The position numbers were made by a program, and so were the translations under genes. From contig CM082577.2 of NCBI GenBank assembly GCA_040954595.2, positions 14,701,903 to 14,765,902 of the forward strand: a stretch of 64,000 bases of DNA. The letters are read 5' to 3'. The notes below the pieces were generated by a model. That model saw only the letters and a program-made list of their open reading frames with translations, was not told the origin of the DNA and made no database searches. The DNA comes from Balanoglossus misakiensis (taxonomy: Eukaryota; Animalia; Hemichordata). Positions 37,546 through 51,600 of the stretch are shown in pieces. The number at the start of each line of letters is the position of its first letter. Within the stretch, counting starts at the first letter, position 1.

Positions 37546-39551
37546 GTCGGTCATGTAATCATTGGATAGCCCGTACCCTACTTTATAAGACCCAATGTTT
37601 AAATTTTTCTCTATCTTTCTCAGATCCTGAAATATATCATTTTTTAACTGTATGAGTACCCCTAAAATTATGCTATCGTTACCATGACAACCACTCCTCA
37701 CGGCCACACCCACCATTAATATAAGTGCAAACAACCTGATTCTGACAGCTGGATAAATAGGCTTTCCAAAAATATACGCTGCAAAACTACTCGGGGGGGG
37801 GGGGGGGGGGGGGGGAGGGTTTCGGTCTCAGGCCCATGGACTATTAGTGTTTAGCTCCAACGCGCATGTGCGATATGACGTGATTGTCGGAAGCTGAACA
37901 AAGGTCACGTCATCTGACCCAGGGTTATGTTATGGAACATCACGTGGCGGTCAACGGTCTATCTTCTGTTGCTTAGTAAATCGACCCAGTCTTCCCGGGT
38001 AGGACAATGGATCAACCATCAACGGTAATACATTTTCACGATAATTTGAATTGGCTGTATTGTGTTTAGAACATGCATTGATTGTGTTTTTTGTATTATC
38101 TGGAAGAAATGGAGTGCCATTGAAATGAAATGCCAGTGTGTACATACACTGTGTTCGCGGAACTTTAACATGCTGTTATATACGAACACCATATCGTCAC
38201 TATCAAGACTTTCTAGAATACACAGTGATTGGGAGCAACTTTTCACACGTTTCTAAGTCCCGTTTTTTGAACGATTTAAATCGGTTGAATAGCATTACAC
38301 ACACTTTTCGCCATAGTTATAGCCTGAAATACCTGGGTGTACTTTGATAAACATTGAAGCATGTGATCAGATAATTACCATGACCATGTCGGCATCGTCT
38401 AGTGAGCAAAGTTGTTTGTCCGCATCATCAGATACTAGTATTTGAACATACATGTAAGAACGTTGTTGACGCTGTTTACATATTTATATTTACACCTTAT
38501 TATTTACTGGATGTGTGTCATGCGCATTAACAACGTTAAACTTTTCACCTTCAGTCAAATGAAAAGACACCAGACAAGAACAATGAAGTGGGGAACTAAA
38601 AGACTTACGGCAAGAAGAAGTTAAACATAGAGTATTTAGTAAACAAGCGACGCCGCATAAATTATGTAAACAAACATAGAAGAGGGCTAAAGAAAGTGGT
38701 GACTTTTGATTTCTTGAGGGTAGTAGGTGTGTTCTTTTGTTTATTAAGTTAGATTAATGACAACCATTATTTTTGTTCAAAATTGTTTTTGATACATTTG
38801 TGTATAAATGTATGTGTATAATGTGGAGAAATATAAATATAAAACATTGAAAAATATGATTTTTGACCAACACCGCACAACTGACGATGATATTCAATTT
38901 ACTCAATTCCCAGGTTTCCCAGTATCATGTATGCACCCGCGAGGATATTTTGCTTTACGTCAGGAGTGAGAAGATTAATCTACGGCAGCCAAAAAGCCAT
39001 CGAAGATCCTTAAAATGGTCAGATAATTAAATCTGTGATGGGAACAGTGGAGACCATTGACAGAGACGGCAAGCTTGTGACACCACTTGAACCAACGCCA
39101 AACGACAAGGAACCAGCACAAAGTGCAACACATGCAGCCATGTTTTCACCAAGAACCGTGGAGGCTGAATTTACAGGACAGTGATGAACATGTTTCCATA
39201 GTTGTTCTTTTAGTTATAGTTTGTTCTTATTTATTTGTAGGAAGTGATAAATAACGATATCAGGTTTTCAAAAATCCACATGCTATCAAACTGCTCCACG
39301 GACTATTCCAGTTATACTTCACGTTGCAGCAAACACCAAGTATATGGGGAAAAGCAATTATAAAACAGATTACCAAAAGCAAACACCCATTGAGAAAAGA
39401 AATTCACTAGTCCCCCAGGGTAGCTTCAAGGCCTGTTGGGGAAGAAAGAGGCACGGGTCAGAAAGCAGACTCACCTACCCGATCCTTTCAAAACATTGAA
39501 AACAAGTTCAATTGAAATAGGTACATACATGGTCCATGGTACATGCATGTA

Positions 39552-40163
39552 GAAAGTGATTAATGTGCGGGCTGCGGGTTGTGGGCTGCGGGTTGACAAT
39601 GAATAATAATAAAATCAGAATAAAAATCGCAGCGATGATCGAATGCATCTGTGTGTCACGTTGTGGTTGTGAAATGATCTGATATAATGCTGATATTTTC
39701 GGATCGACATGGTTTCCATGCAGGGGCTGATTACTCCCACCGACAGCTAGCTGTGAGCCAACCCCATTCTAATCGTGTAGACTTGTGTAGGAACATTTGA
39801 ACGGCAACAGAAAGCAAAGTGAGCGTAATTCAATAAAACGACCTATACAAGCCTGAACTCTGACTATTTCTGGTCCCAAAACTCCTTTTGTGAAAAACTC
39901 ACTGGACTGTTTACGTATTTCAGCGAGTACTACCCGCTGGAAGTGATTGGGATTATGCTAATGAGACCTCGCACACAGTAGTGAGTGTGAGGGTCGAAGT
40001 CCGCTGCCGGAGTTGTGGCGCAAATTGTGTAAATTAAACTTCTGGGAAGCAATCATTTTATCGTTTCTGTTGACATACAATATTATTATTCTTTCATTAT
40101 CAAAACACAACCATATTTTACGACCCGCAATCGGCAACCCGCAGCCCGCATTTTAACGCTTGC
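39552..40163. mobile_element. MITE with 9-10-bp TSD (Mutator-like)
   Basis: CATGCATGTA at 39542-39551 and 40164-40173. Imperfect TIR containing TGCGGGCTGCGGGTTG / CAACCCGCAGCCCGCA. Confidence 0.75.
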
Positions 40164-41429
40164 CATGCATGTACACGTGAAAACGCGCTTTGACAAATCT
40201 AGTACACCGGAAGTGAGCAAACCATTCGCAAAAACCGTCCCTCACTGTCCACCATTAGATAATTTGCTGTTTTTAGACATTGCTTCGTTCAACACTGTAT
40301 AGGGAACATGAAACAACAGGTCAATTGACTTAAACTAGGTATAGAAGGTTCAGATCGATGGTTTTTAAACTGGTACGTTCTATTGCTTGTTATGTCGATT
40401 CGAATCATTGCGGGCAAATGGTCACACTGACATCGATTTTCATGAAATTAGACTGAAATTTTTTACTTACCGTGTTCACACGACGCCATGCTGGAAGGGA
40501 GGATGTGACGTACAAGTTCAAACCAAAAATACCCGAAAGTCAATGTACATAACGTCAATAACAGGCCGATAACATCCGAAAGCGAACTTCGACAAATACT
40601 TCCGCATTTCCATGCCAGGGACGTCACTATATGCAAATACAAATACAAATATTGTAGGCAGTCGCTAAATTAGGAGGTTTGTTCTACTGTTCATTCATGG
40701 GTTTTATTCTCACAAGGTCAACAATGCAAAACACACACTTTTTACTTCGTCCAACAGCATTCACATTAACCACGGAATCGGAAAATCCATTTAACGTGAA
40801 ACTCAACCGAATGAGTTTCATAGAACCCATTGACAGGAGAGAATTGCCTTTCACTTACTCTGTTCCCCCCATCAATTGAACAACTCTCAATAGAGGATAT
40901 CAATTCTCAAACAAACATTGACCAGCAAGTAACTACACTAAAATATACCAGTACATGACCTTACAACACCTAATACACTAGGGGAAATTATCAAATGTGT
41001 CGATCTGACGTTGTCTTAAAGCCTCTAAGGCTGCCAACTTTCACATCTTTTTTGCCCACAAGAAAACATTCCCTATCCTGTAACATCCTCACCATTACGC
41101 CATATTTCTTGTATTCGCATGATTTCCTTATCTGTTTCTCGTGCATACAAAGATAGGCTTGTACTGTATGTATAGGGAATCTGATTTAATGGGTGCAGCA
41201 TCCATTAAATATATATGTCAGTGTTCTAACTAGGCCACAAACCATTCTTGCACATTTTTGGCATGTGTCTTGGATTTCTGAGCTATGTGCAACAATATTA
41301 GTATGCACTTTGAAATTAGAAAGCTCTGTTAGGCTATCCGCCAGCCATAATGTGCTTCACAGCAAGACAAGAGATATATGCAAAATATATTTACAAAATT
41401 CAACCTGGTGATACCATTATGATATGATG

Positions 41430-42190
41430 GAAGATTTTATGAGAGTAAACTCTAAACTGTATAATCTTAGGGCCAAAGTTTTGGACGCACAGTTGAATCA
41501 AAGTTCCATTTAGGCAAATGATGAAAAGACAAAATTCTATACTTGCATTTCAAACTTTTTAGATCTGATGCAGATTTTCAGTTTATGTGAATCTTACATA
41601 AATCATACACATCGATTTGTTTTGGGAAAGTTTGAAAAAATGAGTTTAGTTTTTATGCATCTTCATTTAAATCTCTCTCTGCAAGATTTAGCCTTCAGGT
41701 TTGGCATATCCTTGATGACTACATCAAGGGATATGGAATATGTATGTCAGGTTGAAATTTCTAATTGAGTGGCCAGATAGAGATATACTTAGAGTTACAA
41801 TGCCCATGGATTTCAGGAAATCATTTGGAAAAGAAGTTTCAGTAATAATCAATTATTTGAAGTGTTTATTGAACAGCCATCAAATTTGTTTGCTAGAGCT
41901 CAAACCTGTCAAACTATAAACACCACAATACTGTTAAATTTTCCACAAGAGAAAAGAAACAGTTATCCCCATATGGGGTTGAAAAAAACAAGAAAAATAG
42001 CAAGCGTTCACATACACGTAGAAAGAGTGAATGGGTTAGTTCGTAGAAAGTATCATTTGATACAGAGTAGAGCATTGCCAATTGAATATTTGTAAAAAAA
42101 AGTTGGGAAGTCATTGCGTCTCATAGACAAAATTGGAGTTATATGCTGTGCTCTAACAAACCTGTCTGAGTCTATTGTACTTTTACAGTA
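41430..42190 (+). pseudogene. ISL2EU/Harbinger-like (HTH_Tnp_4 + DDE_Tnp_4) transposase pseudogene with internal deletion
   Basis: [45 protein letters not shown], then jumps directly to TRKIASVHIHVERV. Confidence 0.8.
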
Positions 42191-42438
42191 ACTATTTAAC
42201 AACAATCATGTGATCAGGCCATGTAACCCACAACATTATCTTTTCCAGGTGACAGGCAAACAATATTTCGACATCCAGTAGAGTTTTCTGGGTATGTTTA
42301 TTCTTTTTAACTGCCAGACACATAACATGTATCATATATGGTGTCTTATCAGCCTCATGGTGTTTCATCTATACTGTCTTTAACAATATAACTAGTCATT
42401 TTTTTCATTGAATTGAAAATGTATATTGTTCTCCACAG

Positions 42439-42990
42439 GCCAACAAAGACTCCCCGGGGAACCAGAAAAAGAGAGGAAGTTTATTGTCTTTGAGACTTAG
42501 CTCCTGGAACTGTTCCGAAATTGCCCGATGTGTTGTGCAGATACTCAAGAAGTTGTAACCAACATTTTAGGCACAGCAGTTCACATTGAACAGATATGCA
42601 CCCTCTGTTCCTTTGTTAGGAAATGGGCAAGTCAGCCATACATTCACCAAATGCCAGCTGGGAACCTGATGTTGCCTGCCAGTATTTTGTTTTTTTTGGT
42701 CCTTACCATCACAGACCCTCAGGCTTTTCCATATTATGAATGTCCCATGCATTTGTTTGAGTACATTCTTCACGCACCAGCACGATTATCTTATGCCAAC
42801 TATCATCGAGCACTGGAATGCTGAACAGTCTATTTTGTTTGACGTGCTAAGGTTGGAGGAGGTGGTTCTAGTTCTTGCTGGGGATGGATGTTCAGACAGC
42901 TCCTGTCACTGCAGTGCTAAAAATGGCAGCTTTAACTCAGTCATTGAGCACCAACTGAACAAGGTGCTGGATATCCAGTTGGTGCAAGTT
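42439..42990 (+). pseudogene. Kolobok-type DDE transposase N-terminal exon
   Basis: ERKFIVFET*LLELFRNCPMC..GT..WASQP..PAGNLML..LAGDGCSDS..SAKNGSF..NKVLDIQLVQ. Contains a stop and a frameshift. Confidence 0.8.
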
Positions 42991-45900
42991 AAGCTATTTC
43001 AAGTCGATATGGTAGAGTAGAATGGACTTGGTGACATTTCATATTTGTGAAAACAATGAATGTTGTAGCAGTCAATATTGTCTTAAAAGCCTCAGTAACT
43101 ACCAACATTTCTCAGTATTATTGTTTTTGGGGTAAGTGAGCCACGGGGGTAAGGTAAGGTTCAAAGGAAAGTAAAAGGGCAAAGCACCACTGAAACGAAG
43201 GAAAAATGCAACACCGCTAAAACCAAAGAGAAATACAACACAGCTGAAAATTGGGCCAGTGACAGTTGACACATTTCGTCAACAAACACAATGAAACAAG
43301 ACCAAGGTACAAGTGAGTTGACAATACTGCAAACAACACAGCCAAAACCAAACGACCAGTTCAAGTCACTTTTTTCCAAATACCATGTTTGTTTCAAAAC
43401 CAGTCAACAGCCAATTTGTACACTATTTGACTCCTACTCTTCAAACTACCATCAATAGTGATTTGCATCAAACTCAACTCAACTGCTTTCATTTCAAACT
43501 ACAATCAGTGAATGCTCAAATATACATATCCACAATTACAATATTGACAATTGTATACAACTAATGTATTGCATCAATTATTACACACACACACAGATAA
43601 TGGAAGAAACATAACAGGAAGAAACAGAATTGACAGGAACCCTACAAGGGATAGATTATGAGGAAAAGTAAGCACACAATTCACAAGCCATACAGACTAA
43701 CACACTGAATCTAACCCTACCTAAGGAGTCTCAGCATTGTCTGATGCTGATTCAAACAGTATAGCTAAGTAAAGATTTCAACCAAATATCTGTCTGCAGA
43801 ATACATACAATCATGTTCAAAATGTAATAAACTCCAAAAATTGTGATAGTTATACATTCTGTAAACTATCAACAGTCAATTTGCGACAGTCTAAAAACGT
43901 ACCACTTTCACGGTAAGAATATACTACACAAAATAGCTATAAAATTGGCAGAAAACATAAACAAATTACTCTTCCATTGTAGTTCTGTAATCATTGATGG
44001 GAAATACATGGACTGTCAGGCTGACCCAACAACAACACTGGGCACATACGACAATATAATAGGACAACTTCCAGTGGAAGTCAACTACAAAACAGGTCAC
44101 AGCCATGTCATTACAGAAATAAGGTAATAATGTGAGCTTATTGCTATGTATTTTGAACTTGCCTAAAACAATATTATTGGAATACCTTACTAAATTCAAT
44201 ATAAATACACCTGCATTTATAGCACAAATTGAATTGTAAGAAATGATCACCCCAATCAAATTACAATGACCAGCCAAACACTGCTATTTTCAACTACAGG
44301 CTGAAAACCAAACAAGCCAATGATGCGGATGGTGCTGCTGCAGGTGGAGAAAGCCAAGAATAAACAAACAGTCTGTTCATTCATGTGAAATTTCTGTTCT
44401 GTACTTTAAAGAAAAAAACAAAAAGCCATTAATGGTTAAAATCAAATGGGAATTTAGTTTCAACTCATCATTATGCCTACAAACCTTAAACACAAACAGC
44501 ATAACAACACTCGAAATGTCAGTCCCTGTTGTAAAGTGAAAAAACATTAATCAGAAATTATTTTTTTGGGCATAACTACTGTAGCCAAACTACAGATGTA
44601 TTAATGTTAAACGTTCTGCTCAAACCACGAAGATCTTACGCACACGACATCCACCACTTGCCTCCAATTCCAGTCTCAATTATTTTCAAAGTGACCTACG
44701 GCAAAAACTCAATCTGCATAATAAATTGTAAGGGACCGTTTTGTTTTTACGGCTGGGGGTGGGGATGAGAATTTAGTTTTGTCTCGTAATTATGACCAAA
44801 ACCACTTACACCTTAAAAACAAACAGCATACCAAAACTCTTTGTCACTTCATGTTCAACAGTGGACAAACATTAATCAGAAATTATTAATTTGTGCACAA
44901 CTTATTGTGGCCAAATAATAGCTGACCACAAAAACTACATATTTATATGTACTCAAACATTCTGCTCAATCTATTATCACCATATGTATTGCTTTAGCTT
45001 TTACAGTTTTGCCTAGGTTTCTCTGTATTGTAAATGTTCTGGTTTTGTATTTCTTTTATTATAAAATAATGTGTCCAACTTCATGTACTGTCTTAATTCT
45101 TATCCACCTTGATATCACCACTTCAACAATTCATGTAATACAACTAGGCACAATTGTTACTCTCTACATCCCAAGATTTCCAATTGTCAATCCTACATGT
45201 CATTGTCATTTCTTGACTTAATTACATTACAATCATGTCCCACACATACAATCTATACTTTGTCACATGAAACCTCTCCAAACAGAATCCAGACGTTTCA
45301 TTACCTTCCACACGTTGTCTTTCACAATTCCACACGCAAAATCCCCATTCAACCAATCACAATTTTTCTAATAACATGTTCGTACCACGCTTTCTTCTAC
45401 AGCTCTAACAGCAACAACAGCAACCAACAGTGACACTCAACTGACATCCAGGTTAACAGGCGCACCAGCATCGAACCAGCTCAAAAATCAACAATTCAAT
45501 TCAATTACAAACAACCTTCATCCCTCCAACACAAACCATTTTAAGAGATCAAGGACTCCTCCCTCCCAGAACAGGCAGTAAGTATACACCCAATGACATC
45601 TCACAATCCCCTCAAAGCCACATCTCAACTACAGTGGAATATTTTATTTTTACGGAAAATTATTTCCACTGAACACATACATTTCCATTTCCAGACCAGT
45701 ACTACTTGACAACACCTGTGCAACAAAATAACTATGTCTTTGCACTGAAATATTATTTGGCCTGACAACCCAGTCCAACATCATATCAACAACACCAATC
45801 GCCCCCCTTTCCCCTCTCCACAACAGTTTCCTTAAATTCCACTTAATTATTTCATTTTTTTTCTTTCCTCAAGGTCACCTTCAAGGCTACAGTAATAAGA

Positions 45901-46219
45901 GAATCCACCTCCGACACCATCATCACCAGGGATTGAACTCACCTCACCATAACAAAATTCCACCGCGCAGATCACACAGCTTCGATGCCAGCGTACTCCT
46001 GGGGACATGTCTTATCCAACACAAACACTCATAGCTCTACGAATACGCCAGTCACTAAAGTCTACAACAACATGAAATCGATCCAACTGGCCTCCCGCAC
46101 ATCGACCGCCCACATTCATACATCACACCACTACATGAAACCATCACTGCTCCAATTGCAACAAACAAGTCGTCCACACCACCTCCACATTCGTCCGCTG
46201 CTAGCGAGACCTGCAACAT

Positions 46220-46480
46220 GAAACAGTCTGCCAGAATACCGCAAACTCAGAATACTGTTAAGTAAAGATAACAATCCATTCGATATTTTAATTTTAGGGG
46301 AAACCTTTCTTGGGGAATATCATGCAAGTCTTGATTTTGCTGTGCCTGGTTTTCATTTATATATAAAGGATAGAATTTCTGGAATAGGTAGCGGTCTCCT
46401 CGCAAATATCAATAATAACATTCATTGTACTCAGAAACATCAGTTGGAGTATACCGACTTTGAAATTATTGTGTTTGAAA
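46220..46480 (+). pseudogene. LINE AP-endonuclease N-terminal fragment that seeds the 138-bp array
   Basis: FDILILGETFL..AVPGFHLYIKDRISGIGSGLLANI..LEYTDFEIIVFE matches APE 'DI..ETWL..PGY..RKDR..GGG..YI..LE..E.IW'. Confidence 0.75.
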
Positions 46481-49400
46481 AAGGCCACAGGATGAGGTTT
46501 AGAAAGGATAGAATTTCTGGAATAGGTAGGGGTCTCCTTGCATATATCAATAGTAACATTCATTGTACTCAGAAACATCAGTTGGAGTATACCGACTTTG
46601 ATATAATTGTGTTTGTAAAATGCCACAGGATGAGGTTTAGAAAGGATAGAATTTCTGGAATAGGTAGGGGTCTCCTTGCATATATCAATAATAACATTCA
46701 TTGTACTCGGAAACATCAGTTGGAGTATACCGACTTTGAAATAATTGTGTTTGAAAAAGGCCACAGGATGAGGTTTAAAAAGGATAGAATTTCTGGAATA
46801 GGTAGGGGTCTCCTCGCAAATATCAATAGTAACATTCATTGTACTCGGAAACATCAGTTGGAGTATACCGACTTTGAAATAATTGTGTTTGAAAAAGGCC
46901 ACAGGATGAGGTTTAGAAAGGATAGAATTTCTGGAATAGGTAGGGGTCTCCTCGCAAATATCAATAGTAACATTCATTGTACTCAGAAACATCAGTTGGA
47001 GTATACCGACTTTGAAATAATTGTGTTTGAAAAATGCCACAGGATGAGGTTTAGAAAGGATAGAATTTCTGGAATAGGTAGGGGTCTCCTTACATATATC
47101 AATAATAACATTCATTGTACTCGGAAACATCAGTTGGAGTATACCGACTTTGAAATAATTGTGTTTGAAAAAGGCCACAGGATGAGGTTTAGAAAGGATA
47201 GAATTTCTGGAATAGGTAGGGGTCTCCTCGCAAATATCAATAGTAACATTCATTGTACTCAGAAACATCAGTTGGAGTATACCGACTTTGAAATAATTGT
47301 GTTTGAAAAAGGCCACAGGATGAGGTTTAGAAAAGATAGAATTTCTGGAATAGGTAGGGGTCTCCTCGCAAATATCAATAGTAACATTCATTGTACTCGG
47401 AAACATCAGTTGGAGTATACCGACTTTGAAATAATTGTGTTTGAAAAAGGCCACAGGATGAGGTTTAGAAAGGATAGAATTTCTGGAATAGGTAGGGGTC
47501 TCCTTGCATATATCAATAATAACATTCATTGTACTCAGAAACATCAGTTGGAGTATACCGACTTTGAAATAATTGTGTTTGAAAAAGGCCACAGGATGAG
47601 GTTTAGAAAGGATAGAATTTCTGGAATAGGTAGGGGTCTACTCGCAAATATCAATAGTAACATTCATTGTACTCGGAAACATCAGTTGGAGTATACCGAC
47701 TTTGAAATAATTGTGTTTGAAAAAGGCCACAGGATGAGGTTTAGAAAGGATAGAATTTCTGGAATAGGTAGGGGTCTCCTCGCAAATATCAATAGTAACA
47801 TTCATTGTACTCAGAAACATCAGTTGGAGTATACCGACTTTGAAATAATTGTGTTTGAAAAATGCCACAGGATGAGGTTTAGAAAGGATAGAATTTCTGG
47901 AATAGGTAGGGGTCTCCTTACATATATCAATAATAACATTCATTGTACTCGGAAACATCAGTTGGAGTATACCGACTTTGAAATAATTGTGTTTGAAAAA
48001 GGCCACAGGATGAGGTTTAGAAAGGATAGAATTTCTGGAATAGGTAGGGGTCTCCTCGCAAATATCAATAGTAACATTCATTGTACTCAGAAACATCAGT
48101 TGGAGTATACCGACTTTGAAATAATTGTGTTTGAAAAAGGCCACAGGATGAGGTTTAGAAAGGATAGAATTTCTGGAATAGGTAGGGGTCTCCTCGCAAA
48201 TATCAATAGTAACATTCATTGTACTCAGAAACATCAGTTGGAGTATACCGACTTTGAAATAATTGTGTTTGAAAAAGGCCACAGGATGAGGTTTAGAAAG
48301 GATAGAATTTCTGGAATAGGTAGGGGTCTCCTTACATATATCAATATTAACATTCATTGTACTCGGAAACATCAGTTGGAGTATACCGACTTTGAAATAA
48401 TTGTGTTTGAAAAAGGCCACAGGATGAGGTTTACAAAGGATAGAATTTCTGGAATAGGTAGGGGTCTCCTTACATATATCAATAGTAACATTCACTGTAC
48501 TCAGAAACATCAGTTCGAGTATACCGTCTTTGAAATAATTGTGTTTGAAAAAGGCCACAGGATGAGGTTTAGAAAGGATAGAATTTCTGGAATAGGTAGG
48601 GGTCTCCTCGCAAATATCTATAGTAACATTCATTGTACTCAGAAACATCAGTTGGAGTATACCGACTTTGAAATAATTGTGTTTGAAAAAGGCCACAGGA
48701 TGAGGTTTAGAAAGGATAGAATTTCTGGAATAGGTAGGGGTCTCCTCGTAAATATCAATAGTAACATTCATTGTACTCAGAAACATCAGTTGGAGTATAC
48801 CGACTTTGAAATAATTGTGTTTGAAAAATGCCACAGGATGAGGTTTAGAAAGGATAGAATTTCTGGAATAGGTAGGGGTCTCCTTACATATATCAATAAT
48901 AACATTCATTGTACTCGGAAACATCAGTTGGAGTATACCGACTTTGAAATAATTGTGTTTGAAAAAGGCCACAGGATGAGGTTTAGAAAGGATAGAATTT
49001 CTGGAATAGGTAGGGGTCTCCTTACATATATCAATAATAACATTCATTGTACTCGGAAACATCAGTTGGAGTATACCGACTTTGAAATAATTGTGTTTGA
49101 AAAAGGCCACAGGATGAGGTTTAGAAAGGATAGAATTTCTGGAATAGGTAGGGGTCTCCTTACATATATCAATAATAACATTCATTGTACTCGGAAACAT
49201 CAGTTGGAGTATACCGACTTTGAAATAATTGTGTTTGAAAAAGGCCACAGGATGAGGTTTAGAAAGGATAGAATTTCTGGAATAGGTAGGGGTCTCCTTA
49301 CATATATCAATAATAACATTCATTGTACTCGGAAACATCAGTTGGAGTATACCGACTTTGAAATAATTGTGTTTGAAAAAGGCCACAGGATGAGGTTTAG

Positions 49401-50783
49401 AAAGGATAGAATTTCTGGAATAGGTAGGGGTCTCCTTACATATATCAATAGTAACATTCATTGTACTCGGAAACATCAGTTGGAGTATACCGTCTTTGAA
49501 ATAATTGTGTTTGAAAAAGGCCACAGGATGAGGTTTAGAAAGGATAGAATTTCTGGAATAGGTAGGGGTCTCCTTACATATATTAATAGTAACATTCATT
49601 GTACTCGGAAACATCAGTTCGAGTATACCGTCTTTGAAATAATTGTGTTTGAAAAAGGCCACAGGATGAGGTTTAGAAAGGATAGAATTTCTGGAACAGG
49701 TAGGGGTCTCCTCGCAAATATCAATAGTAACATTCATTGTACTCAGAAACATCAGTTCGAGTATACCGTCTTTGAAATAATTGTGTTTGAAAAAGGCCAC
49801 AGGATGAGGTTTAGAAAGGATAGAATTTCTGGAATAGGTAGGGGTCTCCTCGCAAATATCTATAGTAACATTCATTGTACTCAGAAACATCAGTTGGAGT
49901 ATACCGACTTTGAAATAATTGTGTTTGAAAAAGGCCACAGGATGAGGTTTAGAAAGGATAGAATTTCTGGAATAGGTAGGGGTCTCCTCGTAAATATCAA
50001 TAGTAACATTCATTGTACTCAGAAACATCAGTTGGAGTATACCGACTTTGAAATAATTGTGTTTGAAAAAGGCCACAGGATGAGGTTTAGAAAGAATAGA
50101 ATTTCTGGAATAGGTAGGGGTCTCCTTACATATATCAATAATAACATTCATTGTACTCGGAAACATCAGTTGGAGTATACCGACTTTGAAATAATTGTGT
50201 TTGAAAAAGGCCACAGGATGAGGTTTAGAAAGGATAGAATTTCTGGAATAGGTAGGGGTCTCCTTGCATATATCAATAGTAACATTCATTGTACTCGGAA
50301 ACATCAGTTGGAGTATACCGACTTTGAAATAATTGTGTTTGAAAAAGGCCACAGGATGAGGTTTAGAAAGGATAGAATTTCTGGAATAGGTAGGGGTCTC
50401 CTTACATATATTAATAGTAACATTCATTGTACTCGGAAACATCAGTTGGAGTATACCGACTTTGAAATAATTGTGTTTGAAAAAGGCCACAGAATGAGGT
50501 TTAGAAAGGATAGAATTTCTGGAATAGGTAGGGGTCTCCTTGCATATATCAATAGTAACATTCATTGTACTCGGAAACATCAGTTTGAGTATATGGACTT
50601 TGAAATAATTGTGTTTGAAAAAGGCCACAGGATGAGGTTTAGAAAGGATAGAATTTCTGGAATAGGTAGGGGTCTCCTCGCAAATATCAATAGTAACATT
50701 CATTGTACTCGGAAACATCAGTTGGAGTATACTGACTTTGAAATTATTGAGTTTGAAAAATGCCACAAGATGAGGTTTAGAAA
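46366..50783 (+). repeat. 138-bp tandem array, 32 units, no indels, open as a 1501-aa ORF (46342-50847)
   Basis: Identical register every 1380 bp (46381, 47761, 49141, 50521). 46-aa unit KDRISGIGRGLL..INxNIHCTxKHQLEYTDFEIIVFEKGHRMRFR. Confidence 0.98.
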
Positions 50784-51284
50784 TGGGGCCCTGCATATAG
50801 ACGGACAGATATATCGGGGAGGAGATATTGCACATCGACAAAAGTGAAGTACCATGTCGGAAGTGTTGACCATGAAACCATGAGCTGTGAAATTCCAGAG
50901 GATAACCATACAACAAATGAAGGACATAGTATATTAAAGGAAAAGATCTCCCTTCCATCAACACTTTCAAGAAGTTATCAAATCTTGCATTGTCGCTTCT
51001 GTTGCCAAACATTGGCTATCAGAACGGACTTTTAATCCATCAAAAGCAGAGGATATGTTGAAGACCCTTAGCGACAACTAACTTCCATTTTTACCGTTAT
51101 GGAGTGGTTTGATGCTTGTAAACCTGCAACGGTGTCAGGATATGTTCATGTCACCGCAGATAACTGAAACTAGGGCAACAAATGGAGTTATACCATGAAA
51201 GACTAGTATCACCAGATACAACTAAAATTCTTATCCAGAATGATGCAGTCAGAGTAGTTTTGAATTAAAGAAAGTATGAAGCCA

Positions 51285-51600
51285 GGACCGACTCATTGAT
51301 TCACCTACACTGGCTTCCATTTAGAGCCAGGGTAAATTTCAAAATTATATTGCAGGTTTTCAAGGCTTTACATGGTATGGCACCACATTATATTTGTATA
51401 TTTGGTGGAAACAGTAACTGTTAATAGGTATAATCTTCCTAGTAATTGTTGTATGAATCTGGTAGTACCAAGAGCTTTTAATAATCTCAACGACAGGGCT
51501 TTCACCATCTGTGGTCCAAAGTTATGGAACTCACTGGACCACATGAATTAAAATGTTTGACTGACATCCAACAATTCAAATGTCAACATAAAACATCCCA
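51285..51600 (+). mobile_element. L2/CR1-group LINE 3' fragment
   Basis: HLHWLPFRARVNFKIILQVFKALHGMAPHYI..LVVPR..DRAFTICGPKLWNSL. Confidence 0.8.

Noticed and set aside
37794-37816. Poly-G run as a G-quadruplex element
   Set aside because: A homopolymer within a repeat end; length is unreliable in assemblies and there is no functional evidence.
46366-50783. CRISPR-like array or established repeat-protein gene
   Set aside because: No spacers. The ORF starts at GTG within a broken APE frame, and its openness follows from a stop-free unit of 3n length.
46357-51012. Minus-strand ORFs of 411 and 1124 aa
   Set aside because: Antisense shadow of the 138-bp array; only the plus frame has recognisable homology.
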